From a candidate division TA06 bacterium (GTDB lineage: Bacteria > Edwardsbacteria > AC1 > EtOH8): DNA of 64,000 nt. The stretch's first letter is position 1, and every line of letters starts with the position of its first letter. Below are positions 7,791 to 15,433 of the stretch, one piece after another. A program made the position numbers and the translations under genes. Under the pieces are notes generated by a model. The model saw nothing but the letters and a program-made list of their open reading frames with translations, did not search any database and had not been told where the DNA came from. The stretch covers positions 147,544-211,543 of the forward strand of contig JACRJI010000014.1 of NCBI GenBank assembly GCA_016235665.1, in the 5' to 3' direction.

Positions 7791-8462
7791 GTGATTTATA
7801 TGAGAAAAAGCATAAAACATAAGTATTCATCTCTACTTATCATTGAATGCGATTCAAATAAACTTCAGAGACAAAACATTGATATAGCAAGTAAGATTAA
7901 CGACCTTTTTCAAAAATTACCATTTTGTAAGCACAAATACATTCGTACGTTTGAGAAATCAGATTTATGCTTAAAAATAAATGAAATCTCTAAAGAACAT
8001 TACGATATTATTGTTTTAACAGGCCATACTTTTACTGATGGAGGGGGTAGGCCTGTCCGTTTCGATTTTGCAAGTGACTATAAACCAGAATTATCAGTCT
8101 TACCTTCTTTTTTAAATACATTTAAACCTAAATGTTTGATTATGGCTTCGTGTAAGGGGTCTCATTTTATTACCACGGATGTGATGTTTAATGGGATGCC
8201 AACACTAAAAGAAATATATGGCTCTCCGGTTTTGACAAATTCAAAACAACTTCAAATATTATTACTATTGATACCATATATTATATTCAGCGATAAATAT
8301 GATGACGGCATTTTATTTTTAAGCAATATTGTTAATTTTGTACAATCTGGAGGATATATTGTTAGGCATACACGTGCGGAATTTATAAATAAAAGACCGA
8401 TTAAATATATTCAACAAGAAATGTATGATTCTCTAAAAAGTATTTTAAGTAATAGTCATTAA
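7791..8462 (+). CDS. caspase-like (peptidase C14/CHAT-type) protein
   Basis: IIVLTGHTFTDGGG (His-Gly) and KPKCLIMASCKGS (compare caspase KPKLFFIQACRG) about 42 aa apart, matching caspase His/Cys dyad spacing. Confidence 0.5.
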   Translation: MIYMRKSIKHKYSSLLIIECDSNKLQRQNIDIASKINDLFQKLPFCKHKYIRTFEKSDLCLKINEISKEHYDIIVLTGHTFTDGGGRPVRFDFASDYKPELSVLPSFLNTFKPKCLIMASCKGSHFITTDVMFNGMPTLKEIYGSPVLTNSKQLQILLLLIPYIIFSDKYDDGILFLSNIVNFVQSGGYIVRHTRAEFINKRPIKYIQQEMYDSLKSILSNSH

Positions 8463-8478
8463 TAAAGGCACAACACAT

Positions 8479-9267
8479 ATGGCACATTATAGATATAATT
8501 CTCTAGAAGATTATTTAATATCTCAGCCCCTAACGGTTGATGGTGTTTTGGATGATGGATGGGGTGCCTCGTTTCCAGTTAAAGGGCGTGAAGTAGAGGC
8601 AACAATATTATTTTCTGACATTTCGTCATTCACTCGACGCACTCTTGATTTAACCCCTACGGAAACATTAATATTTGTCAACAATTTTTTCTCATGGATT
8701 ACAGCTGAAGCTTTAAGGGATAAACCAGCGATTATTGACAAGTATGTCGGTGATGAGATGATGATTGTATTTTCAAATGAGTTTGGGTCTAAAGATCATT
8801 TTGTCGATGCTATTCAAACCGCAAGGTGGATGGGAGAATATGACATACTTGATTTCCGTCCTCACATAGGAATAGCAAGTGGCCCCGTTATTATTGGCTA
8901 TGTTGGTACACCTGTTAAATATAATTGTTCTGTATTTGGTCATACCGTCGCATTAGCGAAGAGGTGTGCAGGGGTGAAAATGAGCGATACTAGTCCATAT
9001 ATGGTTTTCCCGACACGATCATGGCAGGGTCGTTCGTTTGAAGAAATAATTCCACTTGTGAAAATGAAGAAATCGGAAAGTGAATTTGTTGAATTACCAC
9101 AAAGCTGGAAATTAGCCCCAAGTCGTAAAGTCAGCTTAAACAATATTGGTGATGTTGACGTAATGGGCATTATAAATATGTTATTAACAGAACCATCACA
9201 GTCCGCAGTGGAAAGAGCAAAAGAATCGTTAACTATTCTTAAAGCCAATGGCAGTTGCAGACAATAA
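8479..9267 (+). CDS. stand-alone class III nucleotidyl cyclase (adenylyl/guanylyl-cyclase catalytic domain)
   Basis: ATILFSDISSFT (metal Asp), KYVGDEMMIVF (second Asp), RPHIGIASGPVIIGYVG, YNCSVFGHTVALAKR (Asn/Arg transition-state residues); only ~45-aa N-terminal extension. Confidence 0.7.
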   Translation: MAHYRYNSLEDYLISQPLTVDGVLDDGWGASFPVKGREVEATILFSDISSFTRRTLDLTPTETLIFVNNFFSWITAEALRDKPAIIDKYVGDEMMIVFSNEFGSKDHFVDAIQTARWMGEYDILDFRPHIGIASGPVIIGYVGTPVKYNCSVFGHTVALAKRCAGVKMSDTSPYMVFPTRSWQGRSFEEIIPLVKMKKSESEFVELPQSWKLAPSRKVSLNNIGDVDVMGIINMLLTEPSQSAVERAKESLTILKANGSCRQ

Positions 9268-9336
9268 TGATTATCAATTAGACACTACTGCATCGTTAGG
9301 CACAAATCCGACACAACAGCATTTTATCAATAATAG

Positions 9337-9365
9337 TTGACTTATAACCTATTGTGATGTAAAAT
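9337..9365 (+). promoter_or_regulatory. sigma70-like promoter TTGACT-17 bp-TAAAAT
   Basis: TTGACT at 9337, 17-bp spacer, TAAAAT at 9360; drives the tRNA-like fragment transcript. Confidence 0.4.
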
Positions 9366-9413
9366 AGTCCAAGTGCGTTGAAATAATAGTGGCAATCTCT
9401 TAATCAGCGGGTC

Positions 9414-9441
9414 AAAGGTTCGAGTCCTTTATGGCGCACCA
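9414..9441 (+). other. tRNA 3-prime-end fragment (T-arm AAAGG-TTCGAGT-CCTTT, acceptor 3-prime strand, discriminator, CCA); candidate att-site remnant
   Basis: GGTTCGAGTCC T-loop and ...ATGGCGCACCA end; no complementary 5-prime acceptor strand within 90 nt upstream, so not a complete tRNA. Confidence 0.45.
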
Positions 9442-9450
9442 GTTTTTAGC

Positions 9451-9477
9451 AGCACAGTTAAAATACTGTGCTTTTTG
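9451..9477 (+). terminator. intrinsic terminator AGCACAGT-loop-ACTGTGCT plus TTTTTGTTT
   Basis: 8-bp perfect stem followed by T-run. Confidence 0.6.
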
Positions 9478-9494
9478 TTTGGGGTCCGCAGGCC

Positions 9495-9523
9495 TTGACA
9501 AAGGGTGTTAATATTGGTATCTT
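9495..9523 (+). promoter_or_regulatory. sigma70-like promoter TTGACA-17 bp-TATCTT upstream of ssrA leader
   Basis: TTGACA 9495, 17-bp spacer, TATCTT 9518. Confidence 0.35.
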
Positions 9524-9528
9524 TATAC

Positions 9529-9745
9529 AAGCGATCAAATAAAAGGGGGGCGTCCTTCGGAAACAAAGCAAGAGGGACTACCTCAGTATGACGAAGCAAA
9601 CAAATAAAAGGGGGGCGACCCCGCATCAGGCATAATACAAGCAAACAATTCCTGCGGGGCAGGGAAGGCATCAAATAAAAGGGGGCGACACTTCGACAAG
9701 TTGGGCAAGGGGCGTTTCTCAGTGCAAGGAAGCAATCAAATATTA
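9529..9745 (+). repeat. three degenerate tandem copies (~67-nt period) of the ssrA 5-prime end motif CAAATAAAAGGGGGGCGAC in the ssrA leader
   Basis: copies at ~9538, ~9602 and ~9687 share ATCAAATAAAAGGGGG(G)CG(AC) with the authentic tmRNA start at 9746; the third copy also shares ACTTCGACAAG with GTTTCGACGG. Confidence 0.6.
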
Positions 9746-10102
9746 GGGGGCGACAGGTTTCGACGGTAAAGAAAGGGTTTAAGTGGCATGCCGAGAAAGT
9801 CAGAGGGCTCGTTAAAATACTGGCAACGTCATAATTGACACTTACAACTACGCTCTGGCAGCTTAATTTTAGCTGCCATGCCGCTGCAGGTCCCCGCCTA
9901 TCGGATCTGCAAACGGCATCGCAAAGATGGGCTGGTCCGAGACGCCCGGCCCGGGCATTTCGGATGAGATCTTAGGGCTGCTCTCTTAAGGGATCGTGTT
10001 TGTGCGAGACTTTTAGGGAAAAGACCAAAACACAAAACAAGCATGTAGAGGCTTAGGTTCTTACCTTATCGGACGTGGGTTCAATTCCCACCGCCTCCAC
10101 CA
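9746..10102 (+). ncRNA. ssrA: tmRNA (SsrA), one-piece
   Basis: 5-prime GGGGGCGACAGGTTTCGACGG; 3-prime GGACGTGGGTTCAATTCCCACCGCCTCCACCA; acceptor GGGGGCG/CGCCUCC pairs; tag ORF ending ...AAC TAC GCT CTG GCA GCT TAA (NYALAA*). Confidence 0.9.
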
Positions 10103-10355
10103 TTATTCCTCCGTGCCGGGCAGTAGTCCGCCGAAGCTTTAGCGAAGGCGGGCACCACACCAAAATCCAGAGCTTGGCAATAGCCCCGCCAACGGCGGGG
10201 CACCATCTTGGATCAACAGCCGTTCCGCAACAGCGGGACGGCTGTTATTTGTTTGAGCCTCTTGACAAAATGCTCCGGCAGGATTATCCTATATCAGCGG
10301 GCGGTAGTTCTCAAAGGGTTCCATCAAGGACAAACCATAACTAGGAGGTTCTGCC

Positions 10356-12164
10356 ATGAATAAATACCTGATCATGGCCGGTCTTATTCTCTGCCTGGTC
10401 CAGCCGGGCCTGGCCCAGGTTATTGCCAACCGGGATTCCCTGGCCCTGGAGCAGCTGTTCGACAGTTTCTTCCGGGCATATGTGGCCCAGAACCCGGAGA
10501 CGGCCACCCAGCTGGGGCTGTCCCGCGGAATGGGCTATGAGTATGACCGGTCAAGTCTGGACGACATCTCCCCGGCCGGAGACCAGGCAAACATAGGGCT
10601 GTTGAAACAACACCTTAACCGGCTCAACAAGATCGACAGAAAGGCCCTGACCCCGGCCCAGCGCCTGGATGCCAGGATCTTTGAGTGGTGCCTGCGGTCC
10701 ACCCTGGACGGATATAAGTTCATTGATCAGGGATACCTGGTCAACCAGATGACCGGGCCGCATTTCCAGCCGGTGAACTTTTTGACCGGATATCACACCA
10801 TCGAAACCAGACAGGATGCCGAAGACTACCTGGCCCGGATGGAAAAGATACCCCTCAAACTGCAGCAGGCCGGGCAACGGGTGGAGTCTCAGGATAAAAA
10901 GGGCATCCGCTCTCCGGTTTTCATCGCCGACATGGTGATAGGGACCATCAACGAACTGGTGAGCCCCGGGGCGGAAAAGAACATCCTCTACCTTGACTTT
11001 GCCGGCAAGATAAAAAACATTCCGGGCATAGGTTCCTCTGAACAGGAGAGTTTAAGGCAACGGGCCGAAAGGATCATCTCGGAAAAGATCTATCCCGCCT
11101 ATCGGAAATATCTGGAGCAGGTCAAGGCCGTCCGGGCAAAATCCACCGATGCCGCCGGGGTCTGGAATCTGCCCCAGGGGGAACAGTATTACGCCCATTG
11201 CCTGAAGCAGAACACCACGCTTTCCCTGAGCCCCCTTGAGGTCCATAAAATGGGACTGGCCGAGGTCGAGGCCCTGCAGAAAAAGGGGCGGGCCCTGCTG
11301 GAATCCCTGGGAATAAAGGAAGGGGACAATTACGGGGACCTGGTGCGGCAGTACTGGGCATACTTGGACAGGTCCGAGATCAAGAACCAGATAGCCTACA
11401 ACGCCTCCGGCCCCTGGAAGAACCAGGTGATCAGGGATTACCAGTCATTCATAGACAGCGCCCTGGTAAAAATGCCGGAGGCCTTTGACTACCTTCCCAG
11501 GACCAAGGTCCAGGCCCAGCCTGTGCCGGAATTCAAGGAACAGGGAGGCGTCACCTATTACGAGCCGGCCTCGCTGGATGGCAAGCGGCCGGGGGTGTTC
11601 TTCGTCAACATGATGAACATGCCCAACAAGGCTATGATGAGGTCCCTGACCTACCACGAAACGGTGCCGGGCCACCATTACCAGCTGGCGGTGCAGCAGG
11701 AACTGGGAGGCAACAGGATGTACCGCAATCTTTTCTTCCTGACCGGTTTCGGCGAAGGCTGGGCCATGTATGTCCAGGAGCTGGCTTACGAGCTGGGCTG
11801 GCTGCCGGACATCTACTCCCGGATCGCCGAGGTCAATTCCCAGCTGTTCCGGGCAGTGCGGGTGGTACTGGACACCGGGATCCATCTCAAGCAGTGGAAC
11901 CGCGGGCAGGCCATGGCTTACATGGAGCAGAACCTGGGCTGGGCCTCGGGCACCGAAGTGGACCGCTACATCGTCTGGCCGGGCCAGGCCTGCTCCTACA
12001 CCCTGGGCCGGATGCACATCAAGCAGCTGCGGGAGAAGGCAAAAGAGAAGATGGGGCCGCGCTTCGATCTGAAGAAATTCCACCATCTGGTGCTGGAGAA
12101 CGGCAGCATGCCCCTGGACATACTGGGGAAAAAAGTGGACGATTACATCAAGGGCGGCATTTAA
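10356..12164 (+). CDS. secreted DUF885-like zincin metallopeptidase-family protein
   Basis: signal peptide MNKYLIMAGLILCLVQPGLAQ; HETVPGHHYQ HExxH-type motif; 602 aa. Confidence 0.6.
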   Translation: MNKYLIMAGLILCLVQPGLAQVIANRDSLALEQLFDSFFRAYVAQNPETATQLGLSRGMGYEYDRSSLDDISPAGDQANIGLLKQHLNRLNKIDRKALTPAQRLDARIFEWCLRSTLDGYKFIDQGYLVNQMTGPHFQPVNFLTGYHTIETRQDAEDYLARMEKIPLKLQQAGQRVESQDKKGIRSPVFIADMVIGTINELVSPGAEKNILYLDFAGKIKNIPGIGSSEQESLRQRAERIISEKIYPAYRKYLEQVKAVRAKSTDAAGVWNLPQGEQYYAHCLKQNTTLSLSPLEVHKMGLAEVEALQKKGRALLESLGIKEGDNYGDLVRQYWAYLDRSEIKNQIAYNASGPWKNQVIRDYQSFIDSALVKMPEAFDYLPRTKVQAQPVPEFKEQGGVTYYEPASLDGKRPGVFFVNMMNMPNKAMMRSLTYHETVPGHHYQLAVQQELGGNRMYRNLFFLTGFGEGWAMYVQELAYELGWLPDIYSRIAEVNSQLFRAVRVVLDTGIHLKQWNRGQAMAYMEQNLGWASGTEVDRYIVWPGQACSYTLGRMHIKQLREKAKEKMGPRFDLKKFHHLVLENGSMPLDILGKKVDDYIKGGI

Positions 12165-12287
12165 GAGAGGTTGCGCCCGGAAAAAATACCGTCCAAAGGA
12201 CCTGCCGAAACAGTTTCCCCCGGGTTGCTGTTTCGGCTTTTCTTTTTGCTTGTAATTAGAGCTTAAATTATATACAATTAAATGCTT

Positions 12288-12655
12288 ATCTAACTTGCTC
12301 AGGAAAAGTAGATAAAATAAACAGGTTTGGTAATAACGTAGATATTGCTCAATTATGTTCTTTTCTTTTTGCCCCGCCAAACAGAAAAGAACCAAAAGAA
12401 AAAGCTCGTCGCTTAAAACTTGTGGTGAGCGGGGTCGAACCACTCTCCGGGCCACGCTTACGCCCTGCCTACGTATAGCTTCGGCGGGCCCGCGCTGCGC
12501 TTCTCGTTGCCGGCGGGCTTGTCTGAACTCGGGTTTTGGCTAAGCCCTCAAACATGCAGACAAGCTTTTTCCGCCATCAACTGCGATGCTCACTGATCGT
12601 GATTCGATAAACTCATCACAAGTTTTTAACGCGACAACCGGGGTTGGCACCGGGT
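12288..12655 (+). repeat. dispersed structured repeat, copy A (MITE-like / ncRNA family)
   Basis: shares >85% identity blocks with five other copies (see findings); TIRs CTCAGGAAA...TTTCCTGAG. Confidence 0.8.
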
Positions 12656-12678
12656 ATACAACCAGTTTTCTTAGCTAA

Positions 12679-13287
12679 TTGGACAAACATATACAATTAA
12701 ATCATAAACAAAAATTACTGATACCAAACGTTATGTTAGCTCCACTTTTTACGGTAAAGAAGATCAAAAACAAAGGCCAGGGGCTTTTCGCCAGGGAATT
12801 CATCCCCCGGGGAACCATCGTGTTCTTTGAATGCCATAACTGCAAAGTTACGCCCAAGGCCAGTTTTCAAAAACTATTCCCCGCCCAAAAGGAAAAACTG
12901 CTGTTCCATGCATACACCGTCAAGAACGGCTCGGTGGTGATGCCCTGCGGCGACTCCAAATACATGAACCATTGCTGCGATTCCAACATCCTGGACACCG
13001 GGAAGGGATACGACATCGTGGTCCGGGACATCAAGAAAGGCGAAGAGGCCACCTACGACTACCGGGTCTTTTATGACCAGGACTGGGGATTCCAGTGCGC
13101 CTGCGGCTCCAAGAACTGCTGCGGCACTTTCCGCTGCCGGCACCCGCTGCCCCGGGGAGTGCGGGCCTTATGGGACAAGAAGATCAAGCCGGCCATAAAG
13201 CTGATCAACAAAGTACCTCAGCCGTTAAAGAACGAACTGATCTTGCATAATTCAAAACATAAAAGGCTGTTTAGCAACATGTCATGA
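12679..13287 (+). CDS. SET-domain protein (putative lysine methyltransferase)
   Basis: NHCCDSN (NHSCxPN-like), EEATYDY, post-SET CACGSKNCCG cysteines. Confidence 0.7.
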   Translation: MDKHIQLNHKQKLLIPNVMLAPLFTVKKIKNKGQGLFAREFIPRGTIVFFECHNCKVTPKASFQKLFPAQKEKLLFHAYTVKNGSVVMPCGDSKYMNHCCDSNILDTGKGYDIVVRDIKKGEEATYDYRVFYDQDWGFQCACGSKNCCGTFRCRHPLPRGVRALWDKKIKPAIKLINKVPQPLKNELILHNSKHKRLFSNMS

Positions 13288-13505
13288 TCATAAACCTTAA
13301 GATCGTCCCCAATGCCAAGGCCGAGAAGCTGGTAAAAGAAGCCGGCCGGTACAAGGTCTATGTCACTGCCCCGGCGGTGGACGGCAAGGCCAATCAAAAA
13401 CTGGTGGAGTTCCTGGCCGGGCATTTCAAGGTCAGAAAAACAGCCGTCACCATCCTCCGGGGCCAGACCTCGCGTCTGAAATTGGTGGAGATAAAAACCG
13501 AATGA
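13284..13505 (+). CDS. DUF167 (YggU-like) family protein
   Basis: KIVPNAKAEKLV...YKVYVTAPAVDGKANQKLVEFLAGHFKV...ILRGQTSRLKLVEI matches YggU/DUF167 pattern. Confidence 0.65.
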   Translation: MIINLKIVPNAKAEKLVKEAGRYKVYVTAPAVDGKANQKLVEFLAGHFKVRKTAVTILRGQTSRLKLVEIKTE

Positions 13506-14032
13506 AGACCATCAAATATTCCCGTCTTATCCTGATCTGCCTGACCCTGCTGGACGCAGGCTTCATCCTGCTCAGCGGGTTCATCATGCAAAGCCCGGTC
13601 CTGCTGATCAAACTTCTGGGTATCGTTGTCCTGTTTGCCGCCACCATGGGCGCGGCCCTGATCAGCCGGGAGTGGGTACGGCCGTCACAGGTCCGGGTCG
13701 AGGATGACCAGGTCATAGTTCAATGGAACAACTGGGAACTGCGGGGCCGGCTGGCGGAAAGGTCGTTCTCAGAACAAAAGCCCAAAATGCTCAGGCTCAA
13801 AGTCCTGGAATACAAGATCACCCTGTACCCGGTGGGGCCGATGTTCATCCTGGCCGGGCTTCTGGCGGAGCCCATCAGACAGCGGCTGCCCCGGCTGCTG
13901 GATAAGACGTTTTTTTATAACCGCGATAAACTGGTCTCTCAATTATCTCCAATCCCGGGAACCGCCGGGGTAATGCTGGAAATTCCGGTGATTTTACTGG
14001 GAAAAAGAAAGGTGAAAAAATGGCTTGGCTGA
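13502..14032 (+). CDS. hypothetical membrane protein
   Basis: two N-terminal TM helices; coupled to neighbours by 4-nt overlaps. Confidence 0.4.
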   Translation: MKTIKYSRLILICLTLLDAGFILLSGFIMQSPVLLIKLLGIVVLFAATMGAALISREWVRPSQVRVEDDQVIVQWNNWELRGRLAERSFSEQKPKMLRLKVLEYKITLYPVGPMFILAGLLAEPIRQRLPRLLDKTFFYNRDKLVSQLSPIPGTAGVMLEIPVILLGKRKVKKWLG

Positions 14033-15375
14033 AGAACATCTTCCAACGGGCCAAACCCCTGGCCTCAGGGCTGTATCATTACCGGGGACAAGAGGGCGAC
14101 CGGTTCTTCCGGCTGCACCTGCGGATAGAGCCCGACGCCCGGGGGGTGCTGGTGATCAACGCCTCCAAGATCCTGCACCTGAACCAGACCGCGGCCGAGC
14201 TGGCCAAGCACATCATAGAAGGCGACGACGCCAAAACAGCGGCGGAGCAGATGGTAAAGCGCTACCGGGGCGTGAAATCTTCGGTTCTGGAGAACGATTT
14301 CAACCAGCTCAAGCAGAAGATCTTCGCCCTGGCCTCCACCGACGACGTCTGCCCGGTGACCTATCTGGACATCAACCGGATCGAGCCCTTCGAGACCCCG
14401 GTCAGCGCGCCCTACCGGATGGACCTGGCCCTGACCTACAAATGCAACGACGCCTGCGGCCACTGCTACCTGCCCAAGGACCGGATGCCCCAGGAACTCA
14501 CCGCCCAGCAGTGGAAGCAGATCCTGTCGAAATTGTGGGATACCGGGATCCCCCACGTCTGCTTTACCGGGGGCGAGGCCACCCTAAGGCCGGACCTGGT
14601 GGACCTGATCGCCTATGCCGAGGAGACCGGCCTGGTGACCGGCCTTTTGACCAACGGCCGGAAACTGAAGGACAAAAAGCTGGTCAAGCAGATGACCGAA
14701 GCCGGCCTGGACCATTTCCAGATCACTTTGGAATCGCACCTGGCCTCGGTCCACGACAAGATGGTGGGCAGCAAGGGGGCCTTTGAGGACACGGTCAAGG
14801 GAATAAAGAACGCCGTGGCCTCGCCGGTCTACACCATCACCAACACCACCCTGACCAGGCTCAACGCCAAGGGCATGGAAAAGACCATGGAGTTCCTTAA
14901 AAAGCTGGGGATCACCACCATGGCCTGCAACGGGCTGATCTATTCCGGGCAGGGAGCCTCTTGCGGTCTGGGCTTCACCGAAGCGGAGCTGGTGCCGCTG
15001 ATGGAGAGGATCCGGGAAAAGGCCCGGCAGCTGGACCTCAAACTGATCTGGTACACGCCCACCCAGTACTGCCAGCTGGACCCGGTGAACCTGGAGCTGG
15101 GTGTCAAGACCTGCACCGCCGCCCGCTACAACATGTGCGTGGAGCCGGACGGCTCGGTCATCCCCTGCCAGAGCTATTTCGCCCCGCTGGGGAACATCCT
15201 GACCGACAGGTGGGAGAAGATCTGGAACGCCAAGCCGGCGGTGGATCTCCGCAACAAAACCTATTTGATGGACAAATGCAAGGGGTGCCAGAAACTGCCG
15301 CTGTGCGGGGGCGGGTGTCCGATATACAATACCCAGAATGAAGTGATATGCGTGGACAGCAAGTCTAACGCATAA
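14020..15375 (+). CDS. radical SAM protein with C-terminal SPASM-like Cys cluster
   Basis: CNDACGHC (CxxxCxxC) motif; C-terminal CQSYFAPLGNI...CKGCQKLPLCGGGCP cysteines. Confidence 0.75.
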   Translation: MAWLKNIFQRAKPLASGLYHYRGQEGDRFFRLHLRIEPDARGVLVINASKILHLNQTAAELAKHIIEGDDAKTAAEQMVKRYRGVKSSVLENDFNQLKQKIFALASTDDVCPVTYLDINRIEPFETPVSAPYRMDLALTYKCNDACGHCYLPKDRMPQELTAQQWKQILSKLWDTGIPHVCFTGGEATLRPDLVDLIAYAEETGLVTGLLTNGRKLKDKKLVKQMTEAGLDHFQITLESHLASVHDKMVGSKGAFEDTVKGIKNAVASPVYTITNTTLTRLNAKGMEKTMEFLKKLGITTMACNGLIYSGQGASCGLGFTEAELVPLMERIREKARQLDLKLIWYTPTQYCQLDPVNLELGVKTCTAARYNMCVEPDGSVIPCQSYFAPLGNILTDRWEKIWNAKPAVDLRNKTYLMDKCKGCQKLPLCGGGCPIYNTQNEVICVDSKSNA

Positions 15376-15433
15376 CTGGGGCGAAGAAAAAAAGGAGCGG
15401 TTGTTGACCGCTCCTTTTTACGTTTGTCTGTTA

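Noticed and set aside
9366-9441. Complete tRNA gene at the tRNA-like 3-prime end
   Set aside because: No sequence complementary to the acceptor 3-prime strand ATGGCGC within ~90 nt upstream and no foldable D/anticodon arms; interpreted as a 3-prime fragment.
9529-9745. Short repeat array upstream of ssrA considered as a CRISPR array
   Set aside because: Repeat unit ~20 nt with unequal, partly similar intervening segments; the terminal unit is the genuine tmRNA 5-prime end; no cas genes nearby.
12421-12446. T-arm-like GGGGTCGAACC segment inside repeat copy A considered as a minus-strand tRNA
   Set aside because: Only ~2 nt precede the CCA after the putative T-stem, too short for an acceptor stem; present only in one repeat copy as an insertion.
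11445-12455. 336-aa minus-strand ORF antisense to the DUF885 peptidase gene
   Set aside because: Lies entirely antisense within a well-supported GC-rich gene and extends into repeat copy A; Arg/Pro/Gly-rich composition typical of spurious high-GC frames.
12355-12543. Small ORFs inside the dispersed-repeat copies (12355..12543, 21683..21868, 44082..44318, 48606..48791, 30611..31051 and their minus-strand counterparts)
   Set aside because: Frames are not conserved between copies because of indels, and the shared sequence shows RNA-type covariation; treated as repeat/ncRNA, not CDS.
14025-14786. 253-aa Arg/Pro/Gly-rich ORF in an alternative frame of the radical SAM gene, plus antisense ORFs 14065..14556 and 14961..15341
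   Set aside because: Overlaps a gene with clear radical SAM motifs; low-complexity composition typical of GC-rich off-frame ORFs.
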